31,213 nucleotides of DNA, taken from assembly GCA_048941015.1 (NCBI GenBank), contig JBHLNZ010000036.1, positions 1-31,213 on the forward strand, written 5' to 3'. Source of the DNA: Promethearchaeota archaeon (lineage in GTDB: Archaea; Asgardarchaeota; Lokiarchaeia; Sigyniarchaeales; SOKP01). The translations under genes were made by a program, and so were the position numbers. This document shows positions 8,492 to 16,597 of the stretch, one piece after another. The notes below the pieces were generated by a model. That model did no database searches. It was not told where the DNA came from and saw nothing but the letters and a program-made list of their open reading frames with translations. How positions within the stretch are numbered: position 1 is the stretch's first letter; each line of letters starts with the position of its first letter.

Positions 8492-10444
8492 TTATAACTC
8501 TTTTATAGATTTAAATAATTCTGAGAATTCTGAATCTTTCTTATAAAATATAGGTGGTTTACCGATAGGAGCATTAACCGTTCTCCATCCTCCAGTATAA
8601 ACATTCCCTGACCAAATATGAACCCAATCATCTTTAGGTAAAAAAACTTCCCATTGATCCATATTTGGTTTAATAACTGGAGCTATAAGTAGGTCGCGTC
8701 CAAATAGATATTGATACTTAATATTATATAATTCTGGATCATTTTCATAATGCAAAAAGCATCCTCTTATTGGTGGAATTCCATCTTCTTGGTAAGTTTT
8801 AGATAAATGAATCAAGTAGGGTTTAAGATGTAAATGAATCTTTACCATCTTTGATAAATGAATTAATGTTTCCTCATCAGAATCAAATTGCCAATTTACA
8901 TCAGGTCTATTCCCTTCATGAGTACGCATTAACATTGAAAATGTTGCCATCTCTGCAGAACGCATAAACAGTTCTTTCTCTCGTTTAAACTTTCCAGAAG
9001 TTGTATAACATCCGATATCAAAATGATAATAACCTATGCCACATAAGCCGATATTAATTGCTCCCGGAATAACTGAAGGAAGCCCTAATCTTTCATCCCA
9101 ATCAACACGCTGATCCCCTGAAAATTGCATAATAGCATATTTTGATGTTCCAGTAAATCCAGAACGTGCGAAAAAGATTACTTCACCAAGTAAATTTTCT
9201 TCCTTAATTGCATCATAATTGACTTTAGTCCAAGGAGTGGGAGATAAATTATGAAATTCTTCTCCTGAAATACCTGAAAAAAATGTTGCATCTGTTGGAA
9301 CATATTCTCCATAATCAACCATCCATCCTCCAAGACCTATTCCAATCATGTTTTTCTTAATCACAGATTTAATCCATTCAATAGCTTTAGGATTTGAAAA
9401 ATCTATCTGTGAAGCTAGAAAATCAGTCATCATTACAAGATAATCTTCACCTTCACGATTCTTAATACAATAGCCTTTATCTGAAGCCTCTTTATAAAGA
9501 TCTCCTTCAAGAGCAAGCATAGTGTTTATGTATCCTAAAAACTTAATGCCTTTATTATTCAATTCTTTAATATAATCTGGAAGGTTAGGGTAAATTTCTT
9601 CATCATATTTCCAATCCCAGAATAATTGTTTCCCAAAAGAGGTATATCTAATCCCCTGCCAATCTTGACACCATACTGCAGTAACTTTAATTCCATGTGC
9701 TAATGCTTTATCAATTTTTTCATCGACAATTTCAGGTCCTCCTTGGATTCCTAACCAAATTCCATCCAATGTCCATTCTGGCAACTTTGGTTGCAAACCA
9801 AGAAATTTATTTAGCTCTTTAACAACTTGAAGAAGTGTATCGTACTTTCCTATATATATCTCTTCTGGAATATTCCAAAGATACAATTCATGAAAACTTT
9901 CATTTTCAAAATTAAATTTTGAATAATGACTGCTTTCAACATGACAAAAATAATTATTAGTTGAAATGAAATTAGGTTGTGGATAATAAGTATGTTCTGA
10001 TCTAGAAAGTGGGCTAGCGTCTTCAACCCATATAGGTACCTTTTGTCCTCTCAAATTCAACTCTGAGAATTGTTCACCACATCCAAAAATAGCTTCATCT
10101 TCATCAGCCACTACTTTTATCCATAATCGATTAACTGAAGGATTATCACACTTAAATGAGATTAAAAGTTTTTCGTTCTTAATAAAAAACTCTACAACTA
10201 AACTTGTATTATTGAACTCAAATTCAAGAATAACTTGGTTATGAGTTTCAGAGAGCAATTTGTAATCCTTGAATTTAAATCTTTTCTGAATCTTTTCACT
10301 TATTCTAAAGCTATTATGATTTTGTTTGAATTTCCCAATCCCAATTCCTATCTCAAAACAAGGCTTTTTTGAAGAGTGAGAAAAAAAATTATAGTCATTA
10401 AAGTAGAGATTAAACCCTTCAGTATTTTGTTCGTATTTTATCAT
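8492..10444 (-). CDS. yihQ: GH31 glycosidase, YihQ/sulfoquinovosidase subfamily
   Basis: Motifs GCGEQFS.LNLRG, TYYPQP.F, LGIQGG, WCQDWQGIRYTSFGKQLFWDW, nucleophile GWMVDYGEY, acid/base SGDQRVDW, HFDIGCYT, MRTHEGNRP and QYLFGRDLLIAPV follow E. coli YihQ as recalled. Start moved from TTG 10459 to ATG 10444, which overlaps the upstream stop (ATGA) and follows GGAAGGT. Confidence 0.85.
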   Translation of the reverse strand: MIKYEQNTEGFNLYFNDYNFFSHSSKKPCFEIGIGIGKFKQNHNSFRISEKIQKRFKFKDYKLLSETHNQVILEFEFNNTSLVVEFFIKNEKLLISFKCDNPSVNRLWIKVVADEDEAIFGCGEQFSELNLRGQKVPIWVEDASPLSRSEHTYYPQPNFISTNNYFCHVESSHYSKFNFENESFHELYLWNIPEEIYIGKYDTLLQVVKELNKFLGLQPKLPEWTLDGIWLGIQGGPEIVDEKIDKALAHGIKVTAVWCQDWQGIRYTSFGKQLFWDWKYDEEIYPNLPDYIKELNNKGIKFLGYINTMLALEGDLYKEASDKGYCIKNREGEDYLVMMTDFLASQIDFSNPKAIEWIKSVIKKNMIGIGLGGWMVDYGEYVPTDATFFSGISGEEFHNLSPTPWTKVNYDAIKEENLLGEVIFFARSGFTGTSKYAIMQFSGDQRVDWDERLGLPSVIPGAINIGLCGIGYYHFDIGCYTTSGKFKREKELFMRSAEMATFSMLMRTHEGNRPDVNWQFDSDEETLIHLSKMVKIHLHLKPYLIHLSKTYQEDGIPPIRGCFLHYENDPELYNIKYQYLFGRDLLIAPVIKPNMDQWEVFLPKDDWVHIWSGNVYTGGWRTVNAPIGKPPIFYKKDSEFSELFKSIKEL

Positions 10445-11757
10445 TTTATTACCTTCCAACCTTTTATTTTAGCAAAAATCTCGAATGGTTTTATATAATC
10501 TCCATATACCACTGAGATATGATGGGCAATTCCATTTTGAATTATTTTATCCAATACAATTCTTATATTATCTTTAAATACAGTTTTTAGATAAGTTCCT
10601 TTAAGTTCTTTATCCATTGGAATTCCCTCTCCTTTTTGTAGGAAAATTCTATACTCTCCGGGAGCGTAATCAATTCTCAATAAGGAAATCTCACCTGGCT
10701 TCATAACAAAATCTGCTGTAACCCCTTTTCCTTCAGCAAAATAAGAATCCAATGATCTTACACACTTTTCATCCCATAAATCACAAGCAGCGACTCCACA
10801 GTGCCATAATAGCCCAAAACTTTCTTCGAAGTTTATCTGAGAAAAATCAGCTAGAAATGGGCTTCTTGCGCCTATTGCTTTATGCGCTAACATGGATAAA
10901 CTACCTAAAATATCTCCTTCACAAGTTAAGATTTTATCTTCTGCTTGTAATATTGACATTGCAGCACATGGTGAGATCCCAAAATCTGTAGCAAATTCTG
11001 GCCAACATCTAATCGCAATAGCATCTAAATTATGATCTCGTATAAATCTGTCAAATTTAGTTGTAAGTAAAGCTACTTTTTCTAATTGTTGGTTTGTTAT
11101 TCCTGATATATCAAAAAGAGATTTAATTTGTTGTTTTCTTTCGTTGATCTCATTATCACTTACTTCAAGGTTAAAAATTTCTCTTAATTCGAAATGATCC
11201 GCTAAAATTCCGATTTCTCTATATAAATCCAGCTCATCATAATCTAAGTTGAAAAATCCTTTCGCTCGATATCCAATAATGCCAATATGAGAAGATTTAA
11301 ATGATTTGAGTATTCTAATGGCATCTAACCAATCTAAATCTATTTCATCACCTATTACAATATGATAATTCTTTACACCAGCCTTATATAGATTACTCGC
11401 ATTTAGATTTATTCCACAAACAGAATTTAAGCGAATTTTACCTCCATCATAGGGTAATTCTTCTAATCCCCATAATAAAATTGGGCAACAAAGGACTTTA
11501 TATAATTCCAAAATTAAATGCCCAAGAGCAAAAGTTCCGCTAATACATACTAATCCATCAATCTGCTTCTCTACCAAAAGATTTGCCGCTTTTTGGGCGT
11601 CTTCGATTTCGATAATCAAATCCTCATTAATTATATATTCAATATCTTCTATTTTTTTAAGTTTTTCTTGTATTTTCTTATATATCTCTTCCGCTGCGAT
11701 ATAATCGAACGTTTTTCGAGCTAGACAGACTAAACCAATTTTTATAAATTGCTTCAG
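10441..11757 (-). CDS. L-fucose/L-arabinose isomerase-family protein, putative sulfoquinovose isomerase (SqvD/SftI-like), 438 aa
   Basis: Motifs RLNSVCG, AIRCWPEF, TCEGD (metal Glu), FLAD, WHCG and GIAHH. Frame extends 46 codons beyond the ORF call to a CTG at 11757, directly after an in-frame TAG and 5 nt after GGTGA, adding KQFIKIGLVCLARKTFD. Confidence 0.82.
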   Translation of the reverse strand: MKQFIKIGLVCLARKTFDYIAAEEIYKKIQEKLKKIEDIEYIINEDLIIEIEDAQKAANLLVEKQIDGLVCISGTFALGHLILELYKVLCCPILLWGLEELPYDGGKIRLNSVCGINLNASNLYKAGVKNYHIVIGDEIDLDWLDAIRILKSFKSSHIGIIGYRAKGFFNLDYDELDLYREIGILADHFELREIFNLEVSDNEINERKQQIKSLFDISGITNQQLEKVALLTTKFDRFIRDHNLDAIAIRCWPEFATDFGISPCAAMSILQAEDKILTCEGDILGSLSMLAHKAIGARSPFLADFSQINFEESFGLLWHCGVAACDLWDEKCVRSLDSYFAEGKGVTADFVMKPGEISLLRIDYAPGEYRIFLQKGEGIPMDKELKGTYLKTVFKDNIRIVLDKIIQNGIAHHISVVYGDYIKPFEIFAKIKGWKVIK

Positions 11758-11836
11758 CTAATTCACCATACTTGTTAATAATAAATAGTAATAATTAAAA
11801 AGCTATAAAGATTGTAAATATGGAAAGAAGTATTAG

Positions 11837-12889
11837 CTAAAATGAAAATATTTGAAGTAATCTAAAATTACCTACTAATGCTATTAATATCCCAAAAGCT
11901 ATTGAGAACAAGAATAGGTAAAAAGCAAAAACAGCTATTTTTATATGGAGTTTCCTTTTTTTTTCGTCTTTCGAAAATCTTTTTATTCCAAATATTGAAC
12001 CTACTAGTATAAAAATCATAGTTATCAACCCTGCTATTCCATGTAAAGAGTAAAATATGCTACCTCTAAGTAAAAAAGTTGAAATGCTCCAATAAGTAAA
12101 TGAAGTTAAAGAAAAAATAGCAAATAGTGTTGAGGTTAAAATATGGAAACGAAGTGATATATATCTGGGTAATTCCTTAAATTTAGTTGGTTTAGGTCCA
12201 AATTTTTGGCCAGAAATAAATGCTAATCCTCCAAACACAAAAGTAATACTAAATAAATACGCATGAGTAATCCATGATGAAAAATTAGTTCTCATTGCTT
12301 GATCGCTCCATCCTCTCTCTTCCCAAAATCCTATATAATCATAATTAACAAGTTCAATTTTCACAATCCATTTTACCCACTTATATCCATAATGGTCGGG
12401 AGCTACTAATCGAATGGGAAATCCATGTTTAGCTGGTAGGACTTCTCCATTCATCTTAAAAGCTAGTAAGATATTATTAGCAAATGCTTCTTTTACTGTT
12501 AATGAATCACTATAACTATCTTCTGCATAAAAAACAACATCATAAGCACTAGAATTCACTCCTGCCATGGATAATATATCTCTTAATGGAATACCTTCCC
12601 ATTCTGCTGTGCCAGACACGCCTTCTACACATGCTAAAGTTGCTATTTCTTTTTTTGAATCCAAACTTGTAAAGTTTGCATAGTCAAACATTAATTCTTG
12701 GTTTACATTACCAGTAACTTCTAATTTCCACTCACTTTCATTAATCAATGGAATTTCACCTTTTTGCAATACAAAAAATAGATCATTAGGAGTAATTATA
12801 TACCTTGAGAGATGAAAAGCGGAAACTATAATTAAAGGTGTACCTAATAAAAGAATCAAACCAATAAAATAGAGATTATTTCTCTTCAT
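11837..12889 (-). CDS. Sulfite-oxidase-family molybdopterin oxidoreductase (YedY/MsrP/YuiH-like) fused to a C-terminal 4-TM His-containing cytochrome-b-like domain
   Basis: N-terminal hydrophobic anchor, WKLEVTG.V, Mo-ligand Cys in TLACVEG, AEWEGIPL, MNGEVLP..HGFPIRLVAP..YGYKWVKW and GFWEERGW. Then four TM helices each with a His (ITHAY, RFHIL, SLHGI, KLHIK). Confidence 0.88.
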   Translation of the reverse strand: MKRNNLYFIGLILLLGTPLIIVSAFHLSRYIITPNDLFFVLQKGEIPLINESEWKLEVTGNVNQELMFDYANFTSLDSKKEIATLACVEGVSGTAEWEGIPLRDILSMAGVNSSAYDVVFYAEDSYSDSLTVKEAFANNILLAFKMNGEVLPAKHGFPIRLVAPDHYGYKWVKWIVKIELVNYDYIGFWEERGWSDQAMRTNFSSWITHAYLFSITFVFGGLAFISGQKFGPKPTKFKELPRYISLRFHILTSTLFAIFSLTSFTYWSISTFLLRGSIFYSLHGIAGLITMIFILVGSIFGIKRFSKDEKKRKLHIKIAVFAFYLFLFSIAFGILIALVGNFRLLQIFSF

Positions 12890-13006
12890 TCTTGTACTAA
12901 TAAGAAATAGGATTATTTAAAACACATTTTTATATTTATTAAGAACCACGTTAAAAAAGATCATAATAAATTTAGCAAATTCTTAAAAATAAGAGAATTA
13001 ATTTTT

Positions 13007-13675
13007 CTATGGAGAACCTAATTCCGTCTCATCCCAAGCTTCTTGAAACATTTTTAACCCTTTATCGGTGAATGGATGTTCAAAACTATCTCGATATACT
13101 TGAAATCCTGCCGTGACGATATCTGCACCCATAATTGCTGCCTCAACTATTTGTTTAGCATTTCTCAATGCAGCAACAATTATTTCAGTTTGAAAGTCAT
13201 AATTTCGATAAATTGTAATTATATCTGATAATAACTGAGTGCAATCAACTCCCGTAGCTTCTTGCCATCCAATGAATGGAGAACAATATGTCGTTCCGAT
13301 TCGACCTACTTGAAGCGCTTGAGATGCAGTAAAAACAAGCGTTACATTAACCTTGATTCCATCATCGATCAAACTTTTAGCAGCAATTAAACCTTGTTCA
13401 TTACAAGGAATCTTAATTACAAAATTTTCTGATAATATTGCTAAATTTTTTGCTTGCTGGATCATATCTTCAGCTTTTTTCAGGTGAGGATTAATCTCAA
13501 CTGAAATTGGAAATTTAATTGATTTAAATTCTTCCGCTAATTCCTTAATAACCTTATTGAAAGGTTTTCCTGAACTTTTAATATGTTTTGGATTCGAAGT
13601 AACACCATCAATCTTCCAGTTCTTAATTGCATATTTTATTTCATCAATCTTAGCACTATCTAGGAAATATTTCAC
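13007..13675 (-). CDS. Transaldolase (small FSA/TalC type), 6-deoxy-6-sulfofructose transaldolase (SqvA/SftT)-like
   Basis: GTG start. D6, DGVTSNP, E60, Schiff-base K88 (VIKIP), NVTLVF and F134. SPFIGW (W137, where F6P enzymes have Arg) and AALRN are the sulfo-type signatures. Confidence 0.85.
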   Translation of the reverse strand: MKYFLDSAKIDEIKYAIKNWKIDGVTSNPKHIKSSGKPFNKVIKELAEEFKSIKFPISVEINPHLKKAEDMIQQAKNLAILSENFVIKIPCNEQGLIAAKSLIDDGIKVNVTLVFTASQALQVGRIGTTYCSPFIGWQEATGVDCTQLLSDIITIYRNYDFQTEIIVAALRNAKQIVEAAIMGADIVTAGFQVYRDSFEHPFTDKGLKMFQEAWDETELGSP

Positions 13676-13768
13676 TTTATTTCGAACCTTTTGAAATTTT
13701 TTATCATTAATATTGATATTTTATTTAAATTTTAATCCTACTAAAACTTATTGAAGTATAAAAGAGAT

Positions 13769-14722
13769 TTATGGTTTTTTATTTAAATTTTCCATAAAAA
13801 TAGCAGCATCTTTTAATGTTAGAGCCAAACCTTCCATCAATTTAACATATCTATCACTAATATAGATTTTGCCTTCGAAAAATCCCTTTTCACTCTTTTT
13901 TTTAATCTCCTCAATATTTAGAATCACCGATTTAGAAAGTTTTATACCTAAGGATTCTAATATAATCTCATCTTTGTTATTATTAAGAGCCTTATTAGAT
14001 ATTTTTGAAAATATCCAACGCGGACCTGTGCTATATTGTACTTTAGGAGGCTCTATTCTAACATCAATTATACTTATTATGCTTTTTATCAATTCCAGGA
14101 GGTATTTAAAACCCAAATTTATACTTATTTCAGGAGAAAAGTCAATTATTAATATTAATTTTATATTTTCAAGAATTATGAACTCTGAAAGAATCTTTTG
14201 GTTATCATCTAATATGAAAATAATATTTTTTATATTTTCGATATAACTTTTATTTAATTCGAGTTCTCCAAGAAATTTAACATAAATTTCGTTCGATAAG
14301 GAAGAGTATAATAATAAACCATCAGATGTGATCAAAGCTCCTCCTAAAACCTCTTTTTTTTGAAAAATTTCTCGGATATATTTTATTATTTTCTTTATGA
14401 TTATAGAAGATTCATAGGTTATGATTCCAAATTCTTCTTCTTGATCATCAAATAAAATGTTTGAGTCTTCACTAGAGAACTCAATATGAGTTATTTCAAA
14501 ATCTACTACTTGATAACCACGTATATCAAAGTGGGAATCCATAAACAATTGAAAGCTATGTTCGCAGATGTAATTTGAAGGAATTCCAATTGTGGTTAAG
14601 CTACCGCTCTGATTTATAAGTTTATATGGAATATTTATAAATTGGATGGTTTTACATTGCGGACATTCTATTCTTATTTTTTTAAATTGATTATCTTTTA
14701 ATTTGTTATTTTTTACAACCAT
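13769..14722 (-). CDS. Zn-ribbon plus roadblock/longin-like domain protein (Asgard-type)
   Basis: CPQC...CEH.F..FMD..F.IRGYQ.VD N-terminal module, acidic linker, then VLGGALITSDGLLLYSSL (roadblock/MglB-like beta hairpin) and an unknown C-terminal domain. Confidence 0.7.
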   Translation of the reverse strand: MVVKNNKLKDNQFKKIRIECPQCKTIQFINIPYKLINQSGSLTTIGIPSNYICEHSFQLFMDSHFDIRGYQVVDFEITHIEFSSEDSNILFDDQEEEFGIITYESSIIIKKIIKYIREIFQKKEVLGGALITSDGLLLYSSLSNEIYVKFLGELELNKSYIENIKNIIFILDDNQKILSEFIILENIKLILIIDFSPEISINLGFKYLLELIKSIISIIDVRIEPPKVQYSTGPRWIFSKISNKALNNNKDEIILESLGIKLSKSVILNIEEIKKKSEKGFFEGKIYISDRYVKLMEGLALTLKDAAIFMENLNKKP

Positions 14723-14889
14723 TTTTTTTAAAAAGAATTAATTCTTTCAAGAAACCTATTCTAAATATCTTAATTTTTCTATATATAATTTTACATAAGT
14801 GAGTTAATCTTCTTTTTTTTAATGATTAAATTTTTAAAATTTTAAGTGTGCAATAAAAATTTTTATTTTAAAAAAAATTGAATACTTTA

Positions 14890-15669
14890 ATGAGAATTAT
14901 TGATGCTCATACACATTTATTCGAAATTTCTGGTTATTTAGAAAAACTAATTGAAACAATGGATAAATGTGGAATAGAAAAATGCTGTTTAAGTGGTCTG
15001 GGTAAACTATTTAAATGTGCAGATAATCAAATGGTTAAATTAGCTTTCAAAAAATATCCTAACCGAATAATTGGTGCATATTTCATTCGTCCTGGTGTAA
15101 ATGAATTGCAAGATATTGAAAAGGCATATAGTGATGGCTTTAGGATGATAAAAGTGACTCTTCCTAGAAAGCCTTATGATGATGAACTATATTTTCCTTT
15201 ATGGGAAAAAGCCCAATATTTTAAGATGCCCATATTATTCCATACAGGAATAGTTACTATTGCTAAAAAAGTCCCAGAAGAAAGAATTTCATCATGGTTT
15301 ATGCATCCCATGAGGATCGAGACAATTGCGAATAGTTTTCCTAAATTAAAAATTATAATTGCTCATCTTGGAGTACATTGGAATAATGATGCAGCTGAAC
15401 TAATTCGAATGAAAAAAAATGTATATGCTGATCTTTCTGGTGCCCCAGAAGGTTGGAGGCTTAGAGCAGATCATATTGGTATGGATCACTGGCTATGGTG
15501 GCCTGGCGCATTTAAAAAGATAGTCTTTGGTACAGATGTAGTTTATAATCTTATTCCGCGAATAATTGAAGAAGATATGGCGCGTTTAAATAAATTTAAT
15601 ATAGATGCGGAAACACGCAATTTGATTTTTGCGGGGAATATTCTGAAAATGTTAGGTGAATATCAATAA
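14890..15669 (+). CDS. Amidohydrolase_2 family metal-dependent hydrolase
   Basis: Motifs IIDAHTH, PILFHTG, IIAHLG, VYADLSG, VFGTD and IFAGN. ATG 14890 preferred over TTG 14878. Stop overlaps the next start (TAATG). Confidence 0.88.
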   Translation: MRIIDAHTHLFEISGYLEKLIETMDKCGIEKCCLSGLGKLFKCADNQMVKLAFKKYPNRIIGAYFIRPGVNELQDIEKAYSDGFRMIKVTLPRKPYDDELYFPLWEKAQYFKMPILFHTGIVTIAKKVPEERISSWFMHPMRIETIANSFPKLKIIIAHLGVHWNNDAAELIRMKKNVYADLSGAPEGWRLRADHIGMDHWLWWPGAFKKIVFGTDVVYNLIPRIIEEDMARLNKFNIDAETRNLIFAGNILKMLGEYQ

Positions 15670-16517
15670 TGTTTAATAGGAAAGCCGAAGTTAGCTCACT
15701 AATGAAGTTATCTCCTCAAGAAGTAATACAGAGAGCTAGTGACCATCTTGTTGTCTGTGATACGCTAGAAAAATTACACAGAAAATTTGCAGAAGATATA
15801 TTCAATGAAATTAAAATAAATAATAATAAAAGAAAACCAACTAAAATTATTCTTCCTATAGGCCCAACTGGGCAATATCCTTATTTAGTTGATCTTTTAG
15901 AAAAATTTGAACTTGATCTATCAAACTGTTGGTTGTTTTTTATGGATGAATATTGTGATGAAGATGGATATGCACTTAGCGTTAATCATCCCTTAAGTTT
16001 TAAACGGATTGCTAAAACATTATTCCTACTTCCTTTAAAAGATAAGTTTGGCTTAAAAACATCTCAAGTCACTTTTCCTGAAGAAAAAAATATATCAAAA
16101 TTAGCTAATATTATTGAAAATTTAGGTGGTATAGATACTTGTTATGGAGGAATAGGTATACATGGTCATATAGCATTTAACGAACCTGAACCAAATATTA
16201 TCAATACAGACCCTCGTAAGGTTGCTTTAAATGATACAACTATTACTATAAACTGTATAAGGGCTAAGGTTGGAGGTAATCTTGAGAATTTTCCCAAAGA
16301 AGCATTTACTATAGGAATGAAACAAATTTTGAGATCTAATCGGATAAGATTATACTGTAGAAATGGATCTCCTTATGATTGGGCTAATACTATTCTTAGA
16401 ATCACTTTATTCGGCACTCCTGGGGATGATTATCCTGTTACTTGGATAAGAAATCATCCTAATTATGTGATTATAACAGACAAAGATACTTTAACAACAC
16501 CATTAAATCTATTGTAA
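15669..16517 (+). CDS. Glucosamine-6-phosphate deaminase/isomerase-family (NagB-like) protein
   Basis: Motifs ILPIGPTGQY, FFMDEY (catalytic Asp), GGIGIHGHIAFNEP (catalytic His/Glu), AFTIGMK and DYPVT. Translationally coupled to the amidohydrolase. Confidence 0.85.
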   Translation: MFNRKAEVSSLMKLSPQEVIQRASDHLVVCDTLEKLHRKFAEDIFNEIKINNNKRKPTKIILPIGPTGQYPYLVDLLEKFELDLSNCWLFFMDEYCDEDGYALSVNHPLSFKRIAKTLFLLPLKDKFGLKTSQVTFPEEKNISKLANIIENLGGIDTCYGGIGIHGHIAFNEPEPNIINTDPRKVALNDTTITINCIRAKVGGNLENFPKEAFTIGMKQILRSNRIRLYCRNGSPYDWANTILRITLFGTPGDDYPVTWIRNHPNYVIITDKDTLTTPLNLL

Positions 16518-16597
16518 AACATAAAAAAATCAAAAGAATATAAACCATAATAGCAATATCTATTATTATATTTAATTCAAATATTTAGGTCTACTTC

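Noticed and set aside
10445-10459. TTG start of GH31 at 10459
   Set aside because: ATG 10444 gives an ATGA overlap with the upstream stop and has GGAAGGT in SD position.
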